The notes under the pieces were generated by a model. It saw only the letters and a program-made list of their open reading frames with translations, was not told where the DNA came from and did no database searches. A stretch of 64,000 nucleotides of DNA, from IMG/VR virus record IMGVR_UViG_3300009104_001827, positions 1-64,000 of that record. One strand, given 5' to 3'. This document shows positions 18,100-29,423 of the stretch, piece by piece. How positions within the stretch are numbered: the first letter of the stretch is position 1; every line of letters begins with the position of its first letter. The position numbers and the translations under genes are program-made.

Positions 18100-18685
18100 T
18101 TTAGAAGAGGCTTTTATGTAGTTACCTCAATGGTGATGATAGTGACCAGAGTCAATAAACTCCGCTACATTACCCAGTACGACGAGAAGGGACGCACAAA
18201 AATTGGAGTCGGTCTTACGAACTCCGAAGCCCGAATTATATTCACGATGCAGAGTTATGCCGACATAAAATAGATGGGGGATGGAAAGTTGGTACTCCAC
18301 CAACATTAACTATTTGCTTGGGTTATGCGACCTTCCGAAGAAGAATGAGACACGACTTCTCAGCCTTTACTCACAACTTGGGGCAGACTATTATAATAGT
18401 TTCTGAGTTAATCCCAAGTACCTTTGCCGTCCACCACAGACTTACCTTAAAATCCCTTTTCCCACTTGGGCGTTAGAACTCCATCGGCGTGTAAACCATC
18501 GCTCACGACAAATTGCAATCACGCACATAGCAATGTGCCAGTCATAAGGTCTGGCGACCCAATCCTCCGTCATTTGACTTTGGACTCCCTCGGGAGAGGT
18601 GATGACTATTGCACTTGCAGGGCATCTACATACCCTGTTTACAAGTTTCCCCGTAGGAATCTCCGTCGAGCTTCCTAAAGACTAA
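18100..18685 (-). ncRNA. Candidate large structured ncRNA (~580 nt)
   Basis: No credible ORF; promoter near 18770-18796, hairpin, boxA-like TGTTCTTTAA near 18690-18699, several helices, terminator. Confidence 0.5.
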
Positions 18686-19014
18686 AATATTAAAGAACAA
18701 AAAATACCTGTGGGTTTTTCCTTTCGGTTATCGAGAACCCACTAAACTCGATTTTGATTATGTAATAATAATACTATATATTTGATTAAAAGTCAAGCAA
18801 TATTTGGAACTTTTCTCAATTTTCTTTGAGCTTGTAGTTCTGCCAACCTCTTATCCGCTTCAGCTTGTTGGGCGAAGATACTATCCTCAACTACTGAGCC
18901 ATAATTGGCGAACTTAGATTGTTTAACATAAACCCCTTTAGAGGCTTTCGACATAATGCTTGATGCTCGTGCGTTTGATGCAATACTCATAATTTTATAT
19001 TAATTAATTGTGTT

Positions 19015-19404
19015 TTAGTTACTGTGAAACTCTTCGGAATCAATGATGGGTAGGTATGGGACGGAGTATTCTTGCGGAAAGTCTGCTTCTCTGCTTCGCT
19101 CTTTCGCAAGTTGTTCTTTGGCTTGAGAAGAGAAATCGAATACTGCGTTCAAGGGAACATCATTAAAGACTTCCTTGGCACATCCTGCGACATCCTTCTC
19201 GTCACCCAAGACATCCGTAAAAACGCCCTGTTTGCGTACATCATTTATAGTAAGAAGAAAAGCCTGTTTGACCGCATGGCACATAAAACCATAATGCCCA
19301 ATCAACTCTCCTTCTGCGTTCTGCAACTCAAGATTGTAGTCATCTACTCGCACGATGGAGTAATCACCCAATCTCAATATTTTTTCATCTAATCTGATTT
19401 TCAT
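19015..19404 (-). CDS. Hypothetical protein
   Basis: MKIRLDEK..., start set by the promoter ~35 nt upstream. Confidence 0.7.
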   Translation of the reverse strand: MKIRLDEKILRLGDYSIVRVDDYNLELQNAEGELIGHYGFMCHAVKQAFLLTINDVRKQGVFTDVLGDEKDVAGCAKEVFNDVPLNAVFDFSSQAKEQLAKERSREADFPQEYSVPYLPIIDSEEFHSN

Positions 19405-20591
19405 AACTATAATACTGACAGGTTTTGCCCTCTGTGTCAACCCTTTTTTTCAACTTTCTTCGGATCTCGCTCTGGTAGTGGAGTTCCTTCGTATAGATAA
19501 ATATTTTCACCAGTGATTCGATACCCTTTCGTCTTGCTTCTGCACTTCTCGCACCAAGCTATAACTTTATTTAGGTCGGAATCGTTCATAATTGACCCTG
19601 TCTTGCCTGTTTCCAACACTATCAACTCTCCTTTATATATTTTACTTGGAGGAGCAGGGTATTGGTTATTTGGAACATCGTCTATCTTCATTTGGATCAT
19701 TTAAATAATATTGATTAGTAAACATATCTCTAACAGAAGTAACATTATTCATTAATTTTGTTAGTTCTTCTTTTATATTATTTAGTTCAGACTTATTCTT
19801 ATTTGCTTGTTTCGTGTTATTATATTTATCTAGTAAAGCATTTATATTTCGAGCTTGTTCATTCATATATTTATATAAGTAATTATATATTAATGAAAGC
19901 CGTGACCCATGTGACTTGGGCAGTCTACCTCAGTATAGAATTGTTTATTTCCACCAATAGCGTTCTGATTTTTGAGCCATATTTGGAAGTTGCGTTCTTT
20001 TATTGAAGCATATTTATCAGTATTATTATTTGCAGGGTTGTAATCAATCCCCTCAGTAGTCATACATCCATTATTTGTTAAAATAGTAATAACAATCAAT
20101 ATATTTATAGCAATCTTATTCATAATTCTTTATTTCTTCTTTTTTAATGTATTTATATTTAGTATAGTTCAATCCAAAGGCTAGATTCTTATTAAGAACT
20201 TCAAGCTCACTCAATTTAACTTTATTAATTTGCTTATTATTATTTGTATCAATTAAAATATATGTCGAAATTGGCGTATTGTCAGTTTGCATAGTCGGTT
20301 TCCGATTGTTATTGAATGAGTATGGGCGATATTCCAACAAAAGTCAAGTCAAAAATAATCTAAATTGAAATTAATTTATTAAAATCAATAAAAATATATT
20401 AAAAAGTGCGATAGAATCTTTAATTGGTTGAAATTGAGTGAAATAAAGTCTTATTTGTATGAAGGACATTTATATTTTTACTATTATTTATATAAATAGA
20501 AGACCGAATACCCACTCTGACCCATTTTCCTCCACTATGCTCCACCACTTAACTTCTTTATTTATCAACAACATAGAAAAAAATCAATTAT

Positions 20592-20999
20592 TTAATCAAT
20601 CTTATTAATGCTATCTTCTTCTGTATATTGGTTATTAAGTTTATCTTTATACTCTTGTATGTTATTAATAGAGTCTTGTAATGCTTTGAGCTTATCACCA
20701 TCATATGTTTCGGGATGGGCTTTAAAGAGTCGCTCTTGCCTTTCAAAAGAAAGCGTTGCGACCTCTAGCACGGCATTTAAATCGCTTACGAGAACCTTCT
20801 GATGCTCCATGTCCATTAACAAATCGCCATCTTTAATCGAGCTTCTCTCGCTCTTTGGCATCAGCTTATTCTGTGTTGCGATATACTTTAAATAATCTTG
20901 CTCGTTGTTGAGTGAAATGTTTTCGGATTTCATTTCTGCTTCTTCCTTTAACTTCTTAATTTGTTTGTGGTAGTAATACCTAATCTCATTCATCGTCAT
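20592..20999 (-). CDS. Hypothetical coiled-coil protein
   Basis: 135-aa ORF. Confidence 0.65.
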   Translation of the reverse strand: MTMNEIRYYYHKQIKKLKEEAEMKSENISLNNEQDYLKYIATQNKLMPKSERSSIKDGDLLMDMEHQKVLVSDLNAVLEVATLSFERQERLFKAHPETYDGDKLKALQDSINNIQEYKDKLNNQYTEEDSINKID

Positions 21000-21859
21000 C
21001 TAGGTATGCAGTTGCAATATGTCCGATAAAAATAAGAACGCAAAACATAAGTCCAAAAACGGAAATCAATTTTATTACTTCAAATAATTCTGGCATTAGT
21101 CCTCTCCTCTTTCTTCTTTTAATATATTTAAAATAGTTAAAGCTAAGTCATCAAAATCTTCATTATCCAATTCTTGCATATATTTATTCAAGTCAGATAA
21201 TCTCAGTTTTCTAGTCTTTGCTCCATCTGCGATTAATGTTTTAATATATTCTTCTGAAAGCTTTTCAAGTCTAACCAAATCTTCTGGTTCACTTGGATTG
21301 ATTTCTGCTCTCATTTTTTTAAGTTCATCAAAGAACGGATGCTCAAAGTTTCCTAACATTTAAAAATCGTTTACAGGGAAACATGAACTAAAATGGGCAA
21401 TAGCATTATCAATGTCATATATAATTCTCCGTCCATTATTCGCTTGACTCCAAAAATTACAACTGGCAACTAATGTATCCAAATATCTTACTATATATTC
21501 AGTAGAGGTATGATTTGGATATTGTTCGCCAATTTTTTCGAGCATTTCGGAAAGCGTATTCTGGAGTTCGTTGATTAACTCCTGCTCACCCATTAGGAGA
21601 CTTCCATCAACGCATCATGGATGAGGTGACGAGTTTTATAGTCTAGTAACCTTCCCTCATCATCTTGAGGCATAGCGTTTAAAGCTTCCGTAAAGTCAAG
21701 ATTTAAGACCTCACACATACAAGCAACCTTGCGATAGATTCCGATTTCCTTATACTTTAAAATCGCCCACAATGCGTCTACTTGAGATTCCTGTGCCTCT
21801 AGGATAGAGTCGGTCAAAAGATTTCTTTGTAGTGTTTCCATGATAAAGTTCCCTATTGA

Positions 21860-22960
21860 TTAAGATACTGTCCATGCTGATAACGCAACATCATCGGATT
21901 CATTTAAGGTGAAACCAAGGTCTTGTACGATTACCGCAACATCCTTGCATCTCCATCCTTCATCCCTGCATACCTTGAGTGATGCAATTAAATTAAGCGA
22001 AGGTTGTATTCCTTCATCCAATTTATTTTCAATATAGTTACGAAGTTCAAGTCTTGAAATATCTTCATCAGTTACCTCATCCTCGTAATCAAAATCTTCT
22101 TCGTAATCGCATTCGCAATCATCGCAAGAACCTTCACATTCTCCATCGTCCTCATTTGAGCCATAGATAGGCTTATTCGGTTGATAGACAATCTTGTTCA
22201 ACTCCACTCTGGAATCTGTAAGGTCTGCAACGACTGTGTATTTGCTGACTCGCAACTTCTGGAAGGAGCAATCCGTAGGAACGGAAACCGCATCTTGTGG
22301 GTCAAACTCCACAAGCAACAAGCGACCATTACTACCTGCCCAACCATCTGCATAGTCATAAGACCCAATATGCAGTCCATGAGAGCAATGCCTGTCCTTG
22401 TTATCGTCCACGCATCGGCGTTGAACTTCAACAGTCGCACCCACTTCATTAAGAATCTGATGCCTTTCGTTAGTCTCTCCTTGCAAGACAATGGTATCAG
22501 CATTGCCAGTAGACGACCAAAAATCTTTCTGCACTCCCTTGTACCCCAAAACCTTGCCTTCTGGCGTAATCGGTAATGATTTGTACCCAAGGAAAGTATA
22601 AAGTTCCTCAACAGAGTTTGCGGAAGGGTTCTCCAAAAGCCTACTAATGTAATTGGTCAAAGGAGTTGAATCCTTCAATCCTGCTCGCAACATATCAAGC
22701 AGTTTATCTACCACAACTCCATGCAAACGATGTCCGTTGTAATAAACTACCTCGTCTTTCACTTCTAGTGAACCTTCAACGAAATCTTCTACTGCACTTT
22801 TTATATCCAACAGTTCTCCGACATCATCGTATCGTGCGTCAAGCAATGCTCTCCGCAACCTACTAAAGTTCGCATTATCGTTTCTGACTGTATAAGGCTT
22901 GCCCTCATAAAAGACAGTAATCGAGGTTTCGCTCAAGTTGTACGCTAATTTTTCGCTCAT
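21860..22960 (-). CDS. rIIB: rIIB-like protein
   Basis: LPITPEGKVLGYK and CSHGLHIGS...KLRVSKY motifs; directly downstream of rIIA. Confidence 0.85.
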   Translation of the reverse strand: MSEKLAYNLSETSITVFYEGKPYTVRNDNANFSRLRRALLDARYDDVGELLDIKSAVEDFVEGSLEVKDEVVYYNGHRLHGVVVDKLLDMLRAGLKDSTPLTNYISRLLENPSANSVEELYTFLGYKSLPITPEGKVLGYKGVQKDFWSSTGNADTIVLQGETNERHQILNEVGATVEVQRRCVDDNKDRHCSHGLHIGSYDYADGWAGSNGRLLLVEFDPQDAVSVPTDCSFQKLRVSKYTVVADLTDSRVELNKIVYQPNKPIYGSNEDDGECEGSCDDCECDYEEDFDYEDEVTDEDISRLELRNYIENKLDEGIQPSLNLIASLKVCRDEGWRCKDVAVIVQDLGFTLNESDDVALSAWTVS

Positions 22961-23058
22961 AATTTTTTTCTCTTTTTATTCGTGATTAAGTTATATATAG
23001 TAGACTATCTGGTGTTAGTTGTCAAGCCTTTTTTTTAAAAAGATTCGGGGGCAAGGAA

Positions 23059-25383
23059 TCAAACCTTAACCCCCTCATCACACATAGAAATATATTCACC
23101 AATGTTTTTGCCGAAGTTTCCTTCTTGCATATTCTGCCATTGGTAGATTTCTTTAGATATATTCACCAGTAATGGGTATCTGTCTTGAATATCTTTGCAC
23201 AAGTAATCATATTCTTTCCAGTTGTATGTATCGGGAAAGTTCTTTTTTACCCATTCTGGAGATTTTTCCCTCAAGAATTGCAATAGATTGTAGAGAGTCG
23301 TAACGACTTCATCATTTGCCGTTCCTTCTCTGCAAATAGTTGAAGCAATAATAAAGTCATGGTCTTTGCCTAATGAATCCTTGAGAAGTTTCAAAAGAGT
23401 AACTGACCCTCGATTGTTCAATACGGATTCGATAGCACGATAGTTTTTCATCTCATGCTCATGTTCCTTGAACGCAACCTTCTTCTCTCCTGCTTTAAGC
23501 TTTTTTCTATGCTTTACAAGATGCGTTTGAGCAAAATGAATCCTAAAATCTTCCCAATTCATCCATACGCTTTTATCAAGATTGGCACAATCTTTACGCC
23601 GAATACCATAAACAATCGGAAAGTTCTTTTTGTCGATATTCCTCATCTTAAAATATTGTATCTTGAGGTCTTTCAAGTCCATTATGGACTCTTGGCTTTT
23701 GCCATTTTCATTAACTATTTTATAATTAGCAATGGGAACATATACTAGAGGCACATCGTCTCCTAAAGATTCAAGGTCATCAAGTCCCAAGGCATTTTCC
23801 CAATAGTCTGTATTCCTGTAACGATGGCGTTTTTCATCCGTTATGAACCCAAAGACAGGAACATCTGCCCGACTTTCGCCACTATGCCTAGTCCCTGCTT
23901 TTAACTTGGCTTTTTCAACCTTAGAAAGCAAATTGATGTTGTCTGGAGAGATTAAATCGAACCTCATACCATCGGTATCAGTCCAAAGGTGTTCTTCTCC
24001 ATCCTCTGTTGAGGCATAAACGACATAAACTTCCGTAACATCTTCGTTCTCGTTAAATAGCGTCCTCGCCTTTAATGCGTTTCCGTAGGAACTTCCACCA
24101 TCTTGTACTGCAAGAATACTTTTGTCGTGACATAATACCCTGCGTTGCTTACTGGACTTTACTCTATACCCATCAGTTGCATCTCCATCTGTTAATTTAG
24201 TATATTCAGTAATAAGAATATCGTCAGTAAGCTTATAGTCTCTATCAAAAGATGGGCTAGTGATTTTAATTCCTTCCCATTCAAATGAGTTACGAAACAG
24301 TCCTTGCAAAGTATGTGGTAAAGCATTCATTACTTGAGCATACTTGCATTTGGCATCCCATAGGCAAGTTGCACTATCAAGTTTTTCCTTTGCAATTTCT
24401 TCAATATCAGCTTTAATTTGTCGCAACTTGTCAATAATCGCAAGTTGTGTCTGCTTGTTATATTCTAACGACTCACGACTATGGTGGAGTTTGAGTTCTC
24501 CAATGTCGAATCGTATATATAAATTATCTTGTTGACAAAGTTCACGCAAATATCCTGCATCCGATTGAGTATCATCATCTTCGGATTTGCATAATTCATT
24601 AAAATCAATCGAACCAGTATTAATAGGATAATGCACTCTTCCCATAAAGGCATGAGCCTCATGGTGAGTCCTTGCCCAATAATCTTCATTGTCGGATATA
24701 ATTTGCCAAGTGGAATCCTTTGATTCCATAACAGTTTTCCATTCGGTAAGGAATTGTTCATCCTCACCTATTCCACGAAAAATCGGCATCTCATCATCTG
24801 TAAAGAACTTAAAGAAACTTTTGCAAATATCTTTAAAGTTGTTTATATCTGAATCAGCAATAGCAACTTCAATAGACAATCCAGTTGGTTCGCTAGATGG
24901 TTCTTCATCTAGTTTGACGATTTTAGTATCATCATTTTCATCAACAAATACATTGTAAGAAGTTTTCTTTCCACCATGAAATGAAACACAAGTGAAATTA
25001 TTCCCATAAGACAATGGTGCAAACTTCCCGATTCCAAATGCTCCAATATATGAATTAGAGTTCCGTTTGGTACTTTTTCCGTACTTAGAATATAATCCAA
25101 AGACATCTTCTTGGCTCAAGCCACTTCCAAAGTCCCTAACGCAAAAGTTGGGGCTAAAGCGAGAAGGAATCGAGATTTCGACTTTCCGTTTTGCCTTTGC
25201 TTCAATGTTTGCGTCAAGTGCGTTTGCCGTAATTTCTCGGACAACCGCAAGTTGAGGATTTGAGTAATTGTTCCGCAAGAGTGATGCGACATAACGCATA
25301 TCTTCGGCATCAATGGTACATTCTACTGAATCAAAATCGTGTGAGGATATGACTCTTTTCTTTTTATCTTCTGCAATAATCAT
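23059..25383 (-). CDS. rIIA: rIIA-like protein (N-terminal GHKL ATPase)
   Basis: YSNPQLAVVREITANALDA, VRDFGSGL, STKRNSN, GAFGIGK, SRESLEY. Confidence 0.88.
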   Translation of the reverse strand: MIIAEDKKKRVISSHDFDSVECTIDAEDMRYVASLLRNNYSNPQLAVVREITANALDANIEAKAKRKVEISIPSRFSPNFCVRDFGSGLSQEDVFGLYSKYGKSTKRNSNSYIGAFGIGKFAPLSYGNNFTCVSFHGGKKTSYNVFVDENDDTKIVKLDEEPSSEPTGLSIEVAIADSDINNFKDICKSFFKFFTDDEMPIFRGIGEDEQFLTEWKTVMESKDSTWQIISDNEDYWARTHHEAHAFMGRVHYPINTGSIDFNELCKSEDDDTQSDAGYLRELCQQDNLYIRFDIGELKLHHSRESLEYNKQTQLAIIDKLRQIKADIEEIAKEKLDSATCLWDAKCKYAQVMNALPHTLQGLFRNSFEWEGIKITSPSFDRDYKLTDDILITEYTKLTDGDATDGYRVKSSKQRRVLCHDKSILAVQDGGSSYGNALKARTLFNENEDVTEVYVVYASTEDGEEHLWTDTDGMRFDLISPDNINLLSKVEKAKLKAGTRHSGESRADVPVFGFITDEKRHRYRNTDYWENALGLDDLESLGDDVPLVYVPIANYKIVNENGKSQESIMDLKDLKIQYFKMRNIDKKNFPIVYGIRRKDCANLDKSVWMNWEDFRIHFAQTHLVKHRKKLKAGEKKVAFKEHEHEMKNYRAIESVLNNRGSVTLLKLLKDSLGKDHDFIIASTICREGTANDEVVTTLYNLLQFLREKSPEWVKKNFPDTYNWKEYDYLCKDIQDRYPLLVNISKEIYQWQNMQEGNFGKNIGEYISMCDEGVKV

Positions 25384-25644
25384 TTTTTTACTATGTGTGG
25401 TTCTTGATTGTTATTCTATAAGTTTGACAGGTTAGATTGGTTTTGTCAAGTCTTTTTTTTAGTCTACGAGAAGATTTTCGTCTCCGAATAACAAATACTT
25501 AGAATATATCAAGCATTGGATTTCGTGGATGTATCTCTCCTCGTTTTCTTGTGTGTCGATTGAGTAGTTTTCTATCTCCTCTATCTTTAAATTAATTAAT
25601 TCTTTTAGCTCGTTCATTTCTTAATATAATTACACTTTTTAAAG

Positions 25645-25971
25645 TTATTCTTCCCACATATATATTGGAGTATAATCGCCAACGAAAGCACATTCAATGT
25701 TGAAGGAAAAGTATTCCATTGCTTCCTCGCTTTCCATGCCGTCACGCTCAATTAATGTCTGTATAATACTGTCTGCAAAGTAAATCGCCCGACCATGAGA
25801 ATCGAACCCTGCCAAGGAATCGTCAAACCCATCTGCGAGCATTGCTTCTGGATTCAGTTCTGAAATAGTATTCTTGAGAGATTCTATGCGATTCGCACGA
25901 TTTTGGCGAAGTTCCGCAAGGCAGAGTTCTCCTCTTAAATCATTAATTTCTGTTTCCTTTTCGTTTGTCAT
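25645..25971 (-). CDS. Conserved-type phage protein
   Basis: ADGFDD...EEAMEYFSFNI..AFVG..TP. Confidence 0.7.
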   Translation of the reverse strand: MTNEKETEINDLRGELCLAELRQNRANRIESLKNTISELNPEAMLADGFDDSLAGFDSHGRAIYFADSIIQTLIERDGMESEEAMEYFSFNIECAFVGDYTPIYMWEE

Positions 25972-25989
25972 AAGAATAATACTGACAGA

Positions 25990-26547
25990 TTACGCAACCA
26001 TTGTCAAGGCTTTTTTTCGCTTTAATGGCAAGATTCTTTCGACTAAGAAATCTATTACTGCAAAAGATATATCCATCATTTCTTGGCACTCTCTCCTGTC
26101 TCCACCGAATTGGGATTGGTTCGCACTAAATGCGACTTGATAACCTTCCTCGTCTCCTGCTGAAACTTGATTTTGCTTTATGGCATCCCATCCTCCACCT
26201 GCCTTCTGTTTCCATTGATAGGTGTTGTGATGGGAATGAATGTAGCAAATTGCGTTTGGACTTGTCCAACGAAAATCTCCAGTTGAGAATCTCTTTTCCA
26301 TTTTATATTTTAAGAAGTCAATTTCCGCAAGAGGGAACTCATCCTTGAGATGCGAAAACTTTACGCATACTCCAGTATCCGTTTTCCCTTGTCTTTCAAC
26401 AACCTGTTCGTAGAAATCATGCTTTGTTTTATATGAACAAGTTTGGATTTCGTTTGCAAATTGTCTGGTGACATTATTATTCTTGACGAATATATCCTGT
26501 GGAGTATAATCGTACCAATGGATTCGTTTTGTTTGCCAATAATTCAT
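25990..26547 (-). CDS. Hypothetical protein
   Basis: 185-aa ORF. Confidence 0.7.
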   Translation of the reverse strand: MNYWQTKRIHWYDYTPQDIFVKNNNVTRQFANEIQTCSYKTKHDFYEQVVERQGKTDTGVCVKFSHLKDEFPLAEIDFLKYKMEKRFSTGDFRWTSPNAICYIHSHHNTYQWKQKAGGGWDAIKQNQVSAGDEEGYQVAFSANQSQFGGDRRECQEMMDISFAVIDFLVERILPLKRKKALTMVA

Positions 26548-26906
26548 ACTATGTGCCTTTTGTCGTCTTTTCCTTTTGGGATTGTGTGATTAATATATTC
26601 TATATAGTGAAATATATGTTGGACAATCATTTTTCTTGTCCCTGCATTTGACATATCAATTCTTTTAATATCCTTGAAGTCCTCTAATGCTTCCACTCCT
26701 AATTTTATTTTATCCTGTAAGTTCATGTGCATACTTGTTTGCATTTCTTCTAACTAAAAGTCTTTTTCCTATTTTTCGCTTTTTGTTATGAACGCTAGTT
26801 TTCTTTTCTAATTTTAAAAATACCTTTGGATAACCGCATAGTTTTGCAACTATTGCATTGCCATACGCTAAATCGCTACAAAGTAGTTCTTCTCTTTTTA
26901 TATTCA

Positions 26907-27686
26907 TTAATTCTCAAGGCAATATGACCAGTACCTTGAGTTGCGTCTGCCTTGTACCTTATTCCAATATATTTCTCTTGCTACATTTGGAGCAACTCCG
27001 TACTTGTTGCATCGGTCAAGCCACTCGTTTTCCATTTGCTCGTAAACCTTGAGACTACTGGCATGACCATTTGAGAGGTCATGTCCCATGAAGCGAAGAA
27101 GGTGAACATCCAAGCAACAAAGTTGTGATTCCGTTGGGTCACTCAACGAAAGAGCGTAGGTCGTTTTAGCGTTTCCTAGTCCGTATATAGTTCCAATTAA
27201 ACGATTCCGACATTCTTGCCAAGTCTCATCCTCTTGCCTTTTAAATTGCTCTGGATTCTCCCGAAACTTTTGTGCAAGTTGCCATAAGCCTTTGTTCCTT
27301 CGTTCGTACATTCCGACTCTCGCATCAAAGACCATTTGCTCCAACTTATCCTTGTCGATTGTCCAAGACAAATCTTTCATTGCCAAATTGTACCCTCGTA
27401 CATTGCTTTCCCAAGTTGTGTGAACGCTCATAATGGCGAATACCCAACGATTAAAGCGTTCTGCATCCGAAGTGACAGTAAGGTTGTCCCAATAATCGGT
27501 TTCAGTCTTGACTAGCTTCAAGGTGAGGTTGTCGAAGAAACTGTCAACCTTTTTAAGTTGACTTACCTTCGCAACTGCCTTTGCCTTTTCAAGAGTATTC
27601 TTGAAAGGAATTAGCATTTGGTCAAATGCCGTAGTAAGGTTAATGCCTACTGATTTCTCAGTTAGATTTTCTAGTGTGTTTTCCAT
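26907..27686 (-). CDS. Second HhH-GPD glycosylase-fold protein
   Basis: FAIMSVHTTWE, IYGLGNAKTTYAL and CLDVHLLR motifs. Confidence 0.65.
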   Translation of the reverse strand: MENTLENLTEKSVGINLTTAFDQMLIPFKNTLEKAKAVAKVSQLKKVDSFFDNLTLKLVKTETDYWDNLTVTSDAERFNRWVFAIMSVHTTWESNVRGYNLAMKDLSWTIDKDKLEQMVFDARVGMYERRNKGLWQLAQKFRENPEQFKRQEDETWQECRNRLIGTIYGLGNAKTTYALSLSDPTESQLCCLDVHLLRFMGHDLSNGHASSLKVYEQMENEWLDRCNKYGVAPNVAREIYWNKVQGRRNSRYWSYCLEN

Positions 27687-27784
27687 GATGATAATAAGTC
27701 TTGAGGAAAAAGGCTTGAAAGTCAAGCTTTTTTTTTACAAGACTCGTAAGTTTCTCATTAATAATTAGTTATGACGCAAAAAGT

Positions 27785-28990
27785 TTATTCGTAATCTCTG
27801 AAAGCAATCGCATAAGGGAATCTTGGTATGCCATCTGGCGTAAGCTCAAAGAACTTAATCGTAGCTTCCTTATTAATATATTTTTCTCGATTGTTCAAGA
27901 TTTCGGCAAGATACTCGAAAGTGCCTTTTATATTTGAATTAAAGGTTTGGTCTGTCTCGCTACAATAGCATACAAGATGCTTTGCCGTTCCTGCACGATT
28001 TCCATTACCTTCCTCAATGTCAACAACTTTATACTCAGCGTCCATGAAGTCTTTTCTCTTCAATAGCGTTGCACTCCTCTTTTGCTCGTATGGAGAATCT
28101 ATCCGAATCATTTGCCCCTCGTATCCTTCCTCAATATATTTTGAATAGAGATTTGTCAGTTGTTCTTCATTGAAAACTTCTGAAGTAGAGACAAATTGGC
28201 AATGCGTACTAAGTGGTAGCATCGGTGAATCCGAATCCATTCTATTGAAGAATCTTTCAGAGAAATTACTCGATTCGTTTTTCTTGGTTGTTCTTGGTAT
28301 ATCATATATCCAATACTGAACCAATTTCTTAGATTCCACCAATGCGTCAACGAACTTATCCAGTTTCTTTTGAAAACTTTTATCTGTATCACTTTTTGAG
28401 CGAACTGGTTTTTGCTTTCTCACTAATGAAACTATTTTATTGAAATCATGCTTCAAGTCGTGATTATATAATTCTCCATCAAAAACGAGTTTTTCGTTAT
28501 CAACAAAAGTTGGCTCAAGAGTCTTTAAAATATGTGGGATAGTTGTAATTGTTCTACCCTTGCGAGTCCTTGCTACAACTTCACCATTTTCAAGGCGAAC
28601 GATGCAACGAATCCCATCCAACTTTGGCTGAGAATATACAAATCCATCATCTTTCCATTCTGCGTTTACCCTATCAAGTCTGTCCTCAAACTTTTGGGCG
28701 AGCATCGGTTCGTAATACTTCTTGCTCTCCGCATCTTCTGGAGTGAGTGCGTATCCTTCTTTTAGTTTCTTGTCCCAACGAGCCTTAGCCTCAAGTTCTG
28801 CCTGTTCCTCATCAGAGGTTTCATTGCTTCTGCCAACATTCTTCGCAGTTGCGTGTGTGGGTTTATCTTGAGTCAACTTCTTTCCGACCAATCCCTTGAC
28901 CGCATAAAAAGAGTCTCCTTCTATGTGCATCGTCCATTCCCTAAGTTTCCCTAGAGAGTCAATCTTGTATAACTTTTTTAATTTAAGCAT
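27785..28990 (-). CDS. ATP-dependent DNA ligase
   Basis: QPKLDGIR, FDGELY, EGYEGQMIR, LLKRK, GIPRFP. Confidence 0.93.
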   Translation of the reverse strand: MLKLKKLYKIDSLGKLREWTMHIEGDSFYAVKGLVGKKLTQDKPTHATAKNVGRSNETSDEEQAELEAKARWDKKLKEGYALTPEDAESKKYYEPMLAQKFEDRLDRVNAEWKDDGFVYSQPKLDGIRCIVRLENGEVVARTRKGRTITTIPHILKTLEPTFVDNEKLVFDGELYNHDLKHDFNKIVSLVRKQKPVRSKSDTDKSFQKKLDKFVDALVESKKLVQYWIYDIPRTTKKNESSNFSERFFNRMDSDSPMLPLSTHCQFVSTSEVFNEEQLTNLYSKYIEEGYEGQMIRIDSPYEQKRSATLLKRKDFMDAEYKVVDIEEGNGNRAGTAKHLVCYCSETDQTFNSNIKGTFEYLAEILNNREKYINKEATIKFFELTPDGIPRFPYAIAFRDYE

Positions 28991-29021
28991 GGTTTAATAC
29001 TGACAGGTTTCGCCCCACCTG

Positions 29022-29423
29022 TCAAGCATTTTTTTTGACTTTTTTCAATTTTTCCCTAATGTGTTGAATATAAAGGGCTTTCGCACGGATTTTTCCCCTC
29101 GCTGAAGGGTGGACGATTTGCGTATGGTCAATTTTGAGGTGAGTCAACATTCTTCCTACAATGTTGCCCATTCCTATTTTCTCTCCCTCCCATTTATTTA
29201 TCTTATTTAGAGATTTTTGGTCAATATTTTTGTCGGCATATTTCTTGCCATCCGAATCGTCTGTAAATAGATTAAGAAATGCACAATTATTTGGGTCAAT
29301 CCCATTCGCTCTTAATGCTCTAAATAATTGATTTGCACATTGTGCTTCATCTTCCCAATATACTCCACGCTCTTGAGCAAGCCGACTTCTTTCCTGTCCT
29401 ATAAATAATAGTTTATTTGTCAT
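29022..29423 (-). CDS. Uracil-DNA-glycosylase-fold protein
   Basis: LLFIGQE and IVHPSARG motifs. Confidence 0.55.
   Translation of the reverse strand: MTNKLLFIGQERSRLAQERGVYWEDEAQCANQLFRALRANGIDPNNCAFLNLFTDDSDGKKYADKNIDQKSLNKINKWEGEKIGMGNIVGRMLTHLKIDHTQIVHPSARGKIRAKALYIQHIREKLKKVKKNA

Noticed and set aside
27747-27771. Thirteenth bipartite element
   Set aside because: Single arm (TAAGTTTCTCATTAATAATTAGTTA) with no GC core or partner arm
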